64,000 bases of DNA from an uncultured delta proteobacterium (GTDB taxonomy: Bacteria; Myxococcota; Myxococcia; Myxococcales; Anaeromyxobacteraceae): positions 142,574 to 206,573 of the forward strand of contig CAWHDZ010000030.1 of NCBI GenBank assembly GCA_963828255.1, given 5' to 3'. Under the pieces are notes generated by a model. The model was not told where the DNA came from. It was given only the letters and a program-made list of their open reading frames with translations, and ran no database searches. The position numbers and the translations under genes were made by a program. Positions 52,164 through 59,879 of the stretch are shown piece after piece; the first letter of the stretch is position 1; each line of letters starts with the position of its first letter.

Positions 52164-53378
52164 TCACGGACGGATGAGTCCGTATCGCCAGACGTCGTTG
52201 TCGACGCGCAGGTAGTTGGTGAGGTCCGTGAAGTCGAAGGTCTCCCGATCTCCCCCGAACGTGTAGATGGCCGTGGGCACCCCGTGGATCTCCTCGGTCA
52301 CGGAAAGGGCGGCGAAGTCGTACTTGATCTGATCGGGCGAGGTCGCGTTCCAGGGCGGGGTGGGCAGCCGGACCCAGCGGGCTCCGTCGAAGCTGGCCCA
52401 CATGTCGACGGGATTCTGGAGCAGCCCGAAGCCCCCGAAGCACACGATGTGGAAGGCCGCGACCACGCAGGCGTGGCCGGGGCGCGGCGACCAGCCCGCG
52501 GCAGGCGTCACCAGTTCCCAGGTGACGCCGTCGCGGGTCCGCCACACGTCGTTGAAGTAGGGCGGGTTGCAGAAGGGGAGCGGCTCGCAGACGAAGCCGT
52601 TCTCTCCCCCGAGCAGGTAGATATAGCCGCCCTTCGTCACCGCAGCGGCGCCGGCCCGCGGCGACCAGGGCGCATGGTCGGCGAGCTTCTTCCAGGTCCG
52701 GCCATCGCGCGACTTCCATACGTCGTTGAAGTAGATGCGCTGCGGCGGGCCGCCGATGACCGCCGAGTCGTCGTTCTGGGACCCGCCAAAGACGTAGATC
52801 TCGTCGCGAAGAACGACCGTGCTCAGCCCGGCCCGCCCGGCCCACGGCGCGTGGTCGGTCATCTGCGTCCAGCGGACGCCGTCCCGGCTCCGCCATACGT
52901 CGTTGAAGAACGTGGACCTCGAGACGAAAGGCGGGCAGTCGGGAACGAAGGGGGGGCAAGCGTTGGGGACCACGGCGTAGTCCTGGCCGCCCAGGACGTA
53001 CATGGCCTCGCCCTTGGTGACCGCGCCGAAGTACGCGCGGGGCGCCCAGTGGCCGGGCTCGTCGCTGGCGAGGAGCTGGTTCCAGGTCGAGCCGCGGTCC
53101 TTGCTCGTCCACACGTCGCCCCAGATGACGCTGTCACCCGGGACGGGAGGGAAGGTCGGAGGGTTGGGCGTGCGCCCGCCCATCAAATAGAAGCGGTCGC
53201 CGAGGGACATGACCTTCAGGCCGGCTCGGGGGGACCACGGAGCCGACGGCTGGACCTCCGCCCACCCCACCGACGGCTTCTGCCCATGTTCACCGCCGGT
53301 TGCATCTGCGATCCGCGGCAGCGCCGTCCCTGCAAGCGCTGCGGTGAACCCGAGGATCACGAACGGTTGCCTTGTCAT
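52164..53378 (-). CDS. Secreted Kelch-repeat beta-propeller protein
   Basis: GGAGG RBS, signal peptide, repeated W.PR.G...Y.LGG...NDVW.SRDG..W units. Confidence 0.82.
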   Translation of the reverse strand: MTRQPFVILGFTAALAGTALPRIADATGGEHGQKPSVGWAEVQPSAPWSPRAGLKVMSLGDRFYLMGGRTPNPPTFPPVPGDSVIWGDVWTSKDRGSTWNQLLASDEPGHWAPRAYFGAVTKGEAMYVLGGQDYAVVPNACPPFVPDCPPFVSRSTFFNDVWRSRDGVRWTQMTDHAPWAGRAGLSTVVLRDEIYVFGGSQNDDSAVIGGPPQRIYFNDVWKSRDGRTWKKLADHAPWSPRAGAAAVTKGGYIYLLGGENGFVCEPLPFCNPPYFNDVWRTRDGVTWELVTPAAGWSPRPGHACVVAAFHIVCFGGFGLLQNPVDMWASFDGARWVRLPTPPWNATSPDQIKYDFAALSVTEEIHGVPTAIYTFGGDRETFDFTDLTNYLRVDNDVWRYGLIRP

Positions 53379-53549
53379 GTGGACCTCCCGGGTGACGCCT
53401 AGTCGGACCGGCGCCCTGGCGCAACCCAGTACCGGGAGCGAAGACGGGCCTGGGGCGGCAAGCGATCGTTGACTGCCGAACGCTCGCCCAACCGGCCCTG
53501 GCCCCGCTCCAGGCTGCCGAGGTGGACCGGCGGCTTCGCTTGTTCGTGG

Positions 53550-53729
53550 ATGCACGACTGGGCGCGAACCGGGCTCGTAGGATCGTCGATCCGGGAGGCG
53601 TCGGGCCGCGGGGCGCGTCGTGTTTACTCATTCGAGGATGTGGTGGCGCTCCGCGTCGTCGCGGGGTTGCTCGGCGCGGGAGTGTCCCTAGAGGCCGTGC
53701 GCCGCGCGGTCGGATACCTTCAGCGCCAC
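53550..53729 (+). pseudogene. MerR-type HTH fragment
   Basis: DWARTGLV..GRGARRVYSFEDVVALRVV..L..GVSLEAVRRAV; lacks the first HTH helix and the C-terminus. Confidence 0.6.
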
Positions 53730-53749
53730 ACCATCACTCCGCGCGGAAG

Positions 53750-53835
53750 TACGCCGGTGCTACGGGCGGTGCCGGGAGAGACAAGAAGGGCCGGAGACTC
53801 CTCGAAGAAACCCGAGGAGTCTCCGGCCAGTGGAC
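53750..53835 (+). pseudogene. Remnant 3' tail of an older integrase gene
   Basis: TPVLRAV-x16-SPA is colinear with the intact integrase tail at 63921-63998. Confidence 0.75.
53789..53828 (-). terminator. Element-supplied terminator downstream of the tRNA 3' end
   Basis: Perfect 16-bp stem GGCCGGAGACTCCTCG/CGAGGAGTCTCCGGCC followed by CTTCTTGT on the minus strand. Confidence 0.75.
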
Positions 53836-53880
53836 TGGAGCGGGAAACCGGATTCGAACCGGCGACCCTCAGCTTGGGAA
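53836..53880 (-). repeat. att core: 3' half of tRNA-Gly(CCC), not a complete tRNA
   Basis: Reverse complement TTCCCAAGCTGAGGGTCGCCGGTTCGAATCCGGTTTCCCGCTCCA runs from the anticodon loop to CCA; the 5' half is absent. Confidence 0.92.
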
Positions 53881-54023
53881 CGGTTTTCACCGAAAGTCCT
53901 ACCACGTGCAGGGATGTGCAACCCTTTGCAATCCCTACGGATCCGGTCTCGGACGCCGTCCAGCGGTCCCGCGAAAACCCACTCCTTTTCGAGGATTTTG
54001 CTACGCCCTTGCTACGGAGAAAT

Positions 54024-54248
54024 ATGACCGTGGGTACGACTCCGGAGGGGTTCCTGACCGTCCGGGAGGCGGCCAGGCGGCTCAAGGTCTCGACGGCGAC
54101 GGTCTACAAGGCCTGCGCACGGGGGGAGATGCCCTGCGTGCGGGTGCTGAACGTGCTGCGGATACCCGAGGGAGGGTTGGGCGGAGGACGCTCGTCCTGC
54201 CTCACCGTGGAGACCCCGCGCCACCGCCATGTTCCGCGGGACGGTTGA
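54024..54248 (+). CDS. Excisionase-like HTH (HTH_17) domain; probably the detached C-terminus of the integrase
   Basis: FLTVREAARRLKVSTATVYKACARGEMPCVRV..LRI; the frame is open upstream through the att core. Confidence 0.75.
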   Translation: MTVGTTPEGFLTVREAARRLKVSTATVYKACARGEMPCVRVLNVLRIPEGGLGGGRSSCLTVETPRHRHVPRDG

Positions 54249-54279
54249 TGGGGCGTCTTGCGTGGGAGATCCTGTGCCG

Positions 54280-55893
54280 ATGACTCGGGAGAGGGAACTC
54301 GAAAGGCTTCGGGCCTGGATGGAGACGGTCGAGGCGGAGCGCCTCGAGTTCAAGGAAGCCAAGAACAACTTCGACTTCGAGAAGCTCCTCAAGTACTGCA
54401 TCGCGCTCGCCAACGAGGGTGGTGGCGTGCTGGTGCTCGGCGTCAGCGACAAGAGGCCACGCAGGGTCGTCGGTACCCGAGCGTTCGAGGACATTCAGCG
54501 GACGAAGGTCCAGCTCGTCGACAAGCTGCGCCTGCGCGTCGACGTCGACGAGATCCAGCACGGTGACGGCCGGGTGCTCGCCTTCACGATACCTTCCCGT
54601 CCGATCGGCATGCCCCTGAGCTTCGACGGCGCGTACCTCATGCGCGCGGGCGAGTCGCTCCTGGCCATGACTCCGGACCGGCTCCGGCGGATCTTCGACG
54701 AGGCGTTGCCCGACTACTCCGCGGAACCCGTGATCGGGGCTCGAGACGAGGAGCTCGACCCGGTGGCGATAGAGAAGCTCCGCGAGCTCTGGCGAAGGAA
54801 ATCCGGAAATCCTCAGATCGAGAGGATGTCGCGGGAAGAGCTTCTCCGTGATTCGGAGCTCGCCCCGGATGGAAGGATCACCATCGCGGCCCTGGTCCTC
54901 CTTGGGACGAGAGCCGGGCTTGGTCGGCACCTGGCGCAATCGGAGACCGTGCTGGAGTACCGGTCTTCGGACACGACGATTGCCCCGCAGCAGCGCGTGG
55001 AGTTCCGGGAAGGGTTCCTTCTCTACTTCGAGAATCTTCTGCGAATGATCATGGCGCGCAGCGAGGTCCAGCAGTTTCGCAACGGCCTCATCATCCGAGA
55101 CATCCCGACCGTCAACGAGGCAGCGACCCGGGAAGCGATCCTGAACGCTCTCAGCCACCGCGACTACCGTCAACTCGGGTCGGTCTTCATTCGACAGTTT
55201 CCCCGGCGCATCGAGGTGGTGAGTCCGGGCGGATTTCCCCCCGGCGTGACCGAAGAGAACATCCTCTGGAAGCAGGCCCCCCGGAATCGGCGCCTTGCCG
55301 AGGCGCTCTCCAGGTGCGGCTTCGTCGAGCGCTCCGGGCAGGGGGCGGATCGCATGTTCGAGGAGTCGATCCGAGAGGGAAAGCCACGTCCCGACTTCTC
55401 CGGAACGGATGAGTACCAGGTGTCGGTAGTCCTTCGCGGAGAGGTGCAGGACGAGGCATTCCTGCGCTTCCTTGAGCGAGTCGGGCAGGAAACCCAGGCG
55501 GCATTCTCGACGACCGATCTCGTAGTCCTCGATCTGGTTCATCGTGCCGAGCCTGTCCCGAGGGCGCTCGCACTCCGAGTTCCGCTTCTCTTGGAGAAGG
55601 GTGTCCTCGAGAAGCGGGGCCGGGCGAAGCTGATGCTGTCGAGCCGCTTCTATGATTTCGTGGGGAAGCGTGGCGAGTACACCCGGCGCCGTGGCCTCGA
55701 CAAGGCCCACGCCAAGGCATTGCTCGTGCAGCACCTGAAGGAGTTCGAATCGGCGACCATCCAGGAATTCGAGCAGGCGCTACCGGGCCGAAGCCGGGAT
55801 TCGATTCACAGGCTGCTTCGGGAACTGAAGGCTGAGGGGAAGGTCGAGGTTACCGGGAAGAAGCGCGGAAGCCGCTGGGTCCCCAAGGGTTGA
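54280..55893 (+). CDS. Schlafen/AlbA_2 domain + RecG-C/HATPase_c_4-like domain + wHTH protein
   Basis: EAERLEFKE, ALANEGGG.L.LGVSD, REAILNALSHRDY, SPGG, PRNRRLA, VERSGQG. Confidence 0.85.
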   Translation: MTRERELERLRAWMETVEAERLEFKEAKNNFDFEKLLKYCIALANEGGGVLVLGVSDKRPRRVVGTRAFEDIQRTKVQLVDKLRLRVDVDEIQHGDGRVLAFTIPSRPIGMPLSFDGAYLMRAGESLLAMTPDRLRRIFDEALPDYSAEPVIGARDEELDPVAIEKLRELWRRKSGNPQIERMSREELLRDSELAPDGRITIAALVLLGTRAGLGRHLAQSETVLEYRSSDTTIAPQQRVEFREGFLLYFENLLRMIMARSEVQQFRNGLIIRDIPTVNEAATREAILNALSHRDYRQLGSVFIRQFPRRIEVVSPGGFPPGVTEENILWKQAPRNRRLAEALSRCGFVERSGQGADRMFEESIREGKPRPDFSGTDEYQVSVVLRGEVQDEAFLRFLERVGQETQAAFSTTDLVVLDLVHRAEPVPRALALRVPLLLEKGVLEKRGRAKLMLSSRFYDFVGKRGEYTRRRGLDKAHAKALLVQHLKEFESATIQEFEQALPGRSRDSIHRLLRELKAEGKVEVTGKKRGSRWVPKG

Positions 55894-56010
55894 TTTGCCG
55901 CAGAGGTCGGTGAGCGCGGCAAATCGCTGCGGCAAAAGACCACGTAACTGCCTGAAATTCGGTCGATCGGCATCCGGCGCTCCTCCGCAAAACACGACAC
56001 CCCGGCCAGA

Positions 56011-56412
56011 TCATCCACTTCGGGGCCGTGCCCTGCGCCTCGAGCCGGTGCCGGCTCGCCGAGTCGCTCGTCTCGCGGCGGGCGCCGTGCCCCCGGACCA
56101 TCGCCGGGTGAGCCTTCCGAGGTCCCCCTGGGCTGGAGGGTGCAGGGAGAAGAGCGCTCGAAGGTAGAGGTCGAGGGAAGCGCCCGGGGCCCCATCCTCG
56201 AGCTTGGCGACGCGCGACTGGCTCGATCCCATCCGCTCTGCCAGGGCCTCCTGGGAGAGGCCGCGCCGTTGGCGAAGTGACCGGACCGCATCGCCGAGGG
56301 CGAGCTTGGTGGTGACCAGCCCAGACTCCAGGTGGGAGAGCCCCAAGAACTGGTCACCAGTCCCGAGCTTCCATCCCGCCCTCACGAGTCGCTTTCGTCG
56401 CATCCGGTCCAT
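56011..56412 (-). CDS. XRE/HigA-like HTH protein (orphan antitoxin)
   Basis: GWKLG...FLGL, LRQRRGLSQEALAERMGSSQSRVAKLE. Confidence 0.8.
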   Translation of the reverse strand: MDRMRRKRLVRAGWKLGTGDQFLGLSHLESGLVTTKLALGDAVRSLRQRRGLSQEALAERMGSSQSRVAKLEDGAPGASLDLYLRALFSLHPPAQGDLGRLTRRWSGGTAPAARRATRRAGTGSRRRARPRSG

Positions 56413-56494
56413 TTGCTCCCATTCATCATGTCCGATTCGACATGCGTCAAGCTCGTGGACGAGGTGCCGTGCGCGACGCCCTTCCCCGTGGTAG

Positions 56495-56995
56495 ATGCGA
56501 AAGGTGTTCACGCTCCGATGCACGGGGAAGCTGCTCAGACGACTCGGGGCGTCGCCTTCCACGAGCGTGGAGCAGCCCACCACCGTGCTCGGGGACTGGT
56601 ACGCGACACTCATTCACGCGCCCCGACTCCAGGTCGTCCTGGTCGTGAGCGAGAGGACGCTCCTTCCGGTCGTGGTTCCCGCACGGGAGGCAAGGACGCT
56701 CCTCCCCCGCTTCCGTGTCGCGCTCGCGGCCATGCTCATCAAGCTCGATGTCCGGCCGTCGGTCGTGGAGCGGGAAATGCACGCGATGGATTCCGTCGCC
56801 GTCGGGAAGACGCGAAGCCGGACCGTCCTCGGATCGATGAACGACTTCATCCGGATGAGCAAGGGGCAGCCTTGGCCGCCTCGCTCCCTCGAGGATCTGT
56901 CGCTGGAACTGGCCTGTGCGCCCTGCGGTCCCATCGGCATGAGGAGCCCGGACGGCCTGACCCGAGACCTCCTGAACTCGGAGGGACTCCAGTGA
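56495..56995 (+). CDS. DUF6933-like hypothetical protein
   Basis: LRCTGKLL, LGDWYA, SERTLLPV, KTRSRTVLGSMND. Confidence 0.65.
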   Translation: MRKVFTLRCTGKLLRRLGASPSTSVEQPTTVLGDWYATLIHAPRLQVVLVVSERTLLPVVVPAREARTLLPRFRVALAAMLIKLDVRPSVVEREMHAMDSVAVGKTRSRTVLGSMNDFIRMSKGQPWPPRSLEDLSLELACAPCGPIGMRSPDGLTRDLLNSEGLQ

Positions 56996-57001
56996 GCCAC
57001 C

Positions 57002-57178
57002 GTGGAGACGCTGGCGCTGTCCGGCGGCTACTCCGTGAGCGTGCCCGAACTTCCGGAGTGCTTCACGGAAGGGGAGACCGCCGTGGAAATCCGCAGGATG
57101 GTCCGGGAAGCGATCGGGCTTTGGCTAGAAGCCGCCAGTACGCCGTCCGCAGCCCGGCGGCGGGAAGGCTCGCGGTGA
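57002..57178 (+). CDS. HicB-like antitoxin domain (short, possibly truncated)
   Basis: Hand translation GGYSVSVPELPECFTEGET..EAIGLWLE; below the ORF-track size cutoff. Confidence 0.68.
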   Translation: METLALSGGYSVSVPELPECFTEGETAVEIRRMVREAIGLWLEAASTPSAARRREGSR

Positions 57179-57786
57179 GTCGGTGCTGCCAGTTGGTCCA
57201 CGACCAGCGAGGGGGTCGTCGCAGAAAAGAGCGTCCTGGTCCGCGCGGACCAGAGCACCGAAATGCGACCCGCGGGAGGCACCGCACGCGGCACCCGGGC
57301 GAAGTCCGACGCTCGGGCCTCTCAAAAAGGGGCCGCCTGGTCCGCGCGGACCAACGAGCGAAATTCCGAAGATCCAGCGTTCTGGGGTGCCCTCCGGGGT
57401 GCCCTGCGGAGAGGGCAGGATTGGGGACGAGGCCGCTGGCAGGATTGAAGGCAGGGATGCGCTCGTAACTCCGCGAAACTCGTGCCCCAGCCCCGCCACT
57501 CTTCACCTGGCGTGCACACCGACGAACGGGGTGCCATCCGCCCGACCCCTCACCCCCAACCACTGGGGAGAGGGGTCGGGCAGCTGGCACCAAAGCAAAT
57601 GAAAGAGAGATGGGTGGCGGGGCTGGGGCGAGTTTTCGGGGAAGGAAGGGAGACCCTGGACAGAGCGGGAACGAGGAAGGGAAGAAAGGTTCAGGGGTAA
57701 GGGGAAAACGGAGATCTGAGGTCGACCGGATTGGAATGGAATGCAGAAATGGGGTGAGTGATCAGAGCGCGGCCGTAGGTACGGAC

Positions 57787-57828
57787 CGGATACATGGGTA
57801 ACGAAAAGCGCTGGAGACATAGGTGACA
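57787..57828 (-). mobile_element. Isolated IS481-like terminal inverted repeat (no transposase)
   Basis: Minus strand TGTCACCTATGTCTCCAG-N8-GTTACCCATGTATCCGG: TGT terminus with a repeated subterminal motif. Confidence 0.5.
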
Positions 57829-57989
57829 ACGAACTGGCGATGTCGGGGACGAGCAGTCGAGAGATCGGGGAGTCGTCGTCCTGCAGATGGGAGAAGAGCG
57901 GCCCGGAGATAGGTGACTGGAGCTCCAGGAGAGGGGTGACGGCCGGTCGCGACATCGGTGACTGCCCTACCACCTCGTTGGGGCAGGAC

Positions 57990-58268
57990 GAGGTCGAGAC
58001 GGTAGTTCCAGGGCTCGCGACGGCGCTTCAGGCGAACCCGCAACGGGACATCATCTCTGCTGTGGACCTGGAGACATGGGTCGCGTCCCTACCCGACGCG
58101 GATCAGGAACTCCTGGCGATGCGGCAGGCGGGCTCCACCCTCACCGACATCGCCGAGCACCTCGATGTATCCATCTCGAAGGTCTTCTCGCGGATGAGGT
58201 CGCTGGGACTGATACTGGCCGACCGGGCGGGTCTGCCGGTCGCGGGGACGACACCGTCGGTGGCGTAG
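57990..58268 (+). pseudogene. Sigma region-4-like HTH C-terminal fragment
   Basis: LPDADQELLAMRQAGSTLTDIAEHLDVSISKVFSRM; upstream sequence looks non-coding. Confidence 0.55.
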
Positions 58269-58550
58269 ATGCAGTTGGGGACGGCCAGGGTGGCCGCTTC
58301 CCCCTTAGCCTTCATTCCGGGCGACGTTCAAGGGCATCGCTACCCTGTGCGAAGTGGTCGGTGGCGGAGCAGGACGCGGTTCGTTGGGCTCACGCCGTGG
58401 TCGAAACGGCGAAGGCCCCGCCCGCCACCGTTGGCAAGGGGGCCTCCATCCGGCCGAACCTGTGCGGCGTCGGTGGACCGGACTCGGCGGACACTACGCC
58501 CACCCTTGAGGCAAGAGGAAAGACACCGCCCCTATCCGCAGGGCAAGGTT

Positions 58551-59810
58551 CTACTTCTTCGCTTTGTTCACTGTCGGCACAGGAAACTTTCCAGTCTGGA
58601 TGTCCTCATCGCCGCCATACATGCGGAGCAAAAGATAGAAGTTTTCCTTGGGGACCGGCAGGAAGTTGGTGTCCTCAGCCTTGCCCTTGGTGTCATGGCT
58701 CAGGCGGAGCGTGACGGTACCATCGGGGTTCAACTTCACATGGCGGTCGCCCCGGCTATGGCGATTGAGATCGTTGGCGATCATCAGCTTGGTTTTCGAC
58801 CCGTAGGCGGTCACCGACCAGAACTGGGAAACCTTGGGCGGGGTGAAGGTGACGGAGTAGTCATTCGCGCCGTTCAGGATGTCGCCGTTCTGGTCCTTGA
58901 CCATCTGTACGTAGGAGGCTTCGACAGGCGGAGCCCCCCACTGACCAATGTAGGTGGCAACCTGGAACGGTATGCGGTCAGCGTGTCCAAGACCTTCGCG
59001 GGTGCCGAGTGCGTTGCTGGCGTTGGTCAGTGTCGGGAGAGTTTCCTTGAGCTTCGCAATCACGTGCTGCTCGGCGATCTCCGCGGCGGCCAACTGCTCG
59101 GGGGTGAAATCCTTCTTGCCCGCGCCGATGCCGGACGCCTCCAGCCCCTTGAGCCAATGGGCGTCTGCTGTGGCCATGGTGCCGTCCGCCAGCACGAAGT
59201 TCACGCGCTCGAGCCAGGAGTTGCCAGCGGGGGGGACAAACTGTCGAACCTTGGGCTTGGGCCCGCCTTGTCCCAGGAACTCGCTCAGGGTGCGGATGTT
59301 CCAGTCGTCCACGTAGGTCAGGGCTTTCTTCTCGTCCTCCACGCCAGTCGCCATCACTCTTCCCATCAACTTGATGAAGTTGCTTTCGACGCGGACGACC
59401 TCCGTGACGCCGTCCGGGACCTCGCCCTTCCAGGCTTGGTTCGCGAACATGAAGCGGCCCCCCTTGGGGCCGCGCGTCCGCTTGCCAAAGAGTGTGGTGG
59501 TGTAGTGCCCCATGTCCATGGTGTGGAGCACCCAGTAGCGCCCGTCGTCGTGGTCGGGCACGGAGACGATCACCGGCTCGGCCGCGACATCCAGCCAGCC
59601 CATCAGGTGCAGGGTGTCGTTGTTGATGCTCACGTGCGCCGTGTATTTGTCGTCGGCGAGGTGACGGATGATTTGAAAACGGTTGGCCGGAGAATCCGGT
59701 TCCACCAGTGTCTTGTAGAGATGCTTGTAGGCTTCGTCTATGCCGTAGGCATACAGGTACGCGCGGTCGGCGATGGCCTGAAGTTCAGGTGAGACTTGGC
59801 GAGCTTGCAT
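58551..59810 (-). CDS. DUF1254/DUF1214 domain protein
   Basis: AYLYAY, NNDTL, EPVIVSVP, FWSVTAY, NFLPVP, LRMY. Confidence 0.85.
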   Translation of the reverse strand: MQARQVSPELQAIADRAYLYAYGIDEAYKHLYKTLVEPDSPANRFQIIRHLADDKYTAHVSINNDTLHLMGWLDVAAEPVIVSVPDHDDGRYWVLHTMDMGHYTTTLFGKRTRGPKGGRFMFANQAWKGEVPDGVTEVVRVESNFIKLMGRVMATGVEDEKKALTYVDDWNIRTLSEFLGQGGPKPKVRQFVPPAGNSWLERVNFVLADGTMATADAHWLKGLEASGIGAGKKDFTPEQLAAAEIAEQHVIAKLKETLPTLTNASNALGTREGLGHADRIPFQVATYIGQWGAPPVEASYVQMVKDQNGDILNGANDYSVTFTPPKVSQFWSVTAYGSKTKLMIANDLNRHSRGDRHVKLNPDGTVTLRLSHDTKGKAEDTNFLPVPKENFYLLLRMYGGDEDIQTGKFPVPTVNKAKK

Positions 59811-59879
59811 GTGTGGCTCCTACATGACGGTGGGTCGGTGGTTCAGCCCGACGGTGGTACTGACGCCCCGGTTGCTTTT

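Noticed and set aside
53836..53880. Complete tRNA-Gly gene
   Set aside because: Only the anticodon loop to CCA is present; the adjacent sequence cannot form the D arm or the 5' acceptor strand.
53469..54248. Genuine MerR-Xis fusion protein
   Set aside because: It is a composite of a MerR fragment, an old integrase tail, the att core and the detached HTH; there is no credible start.
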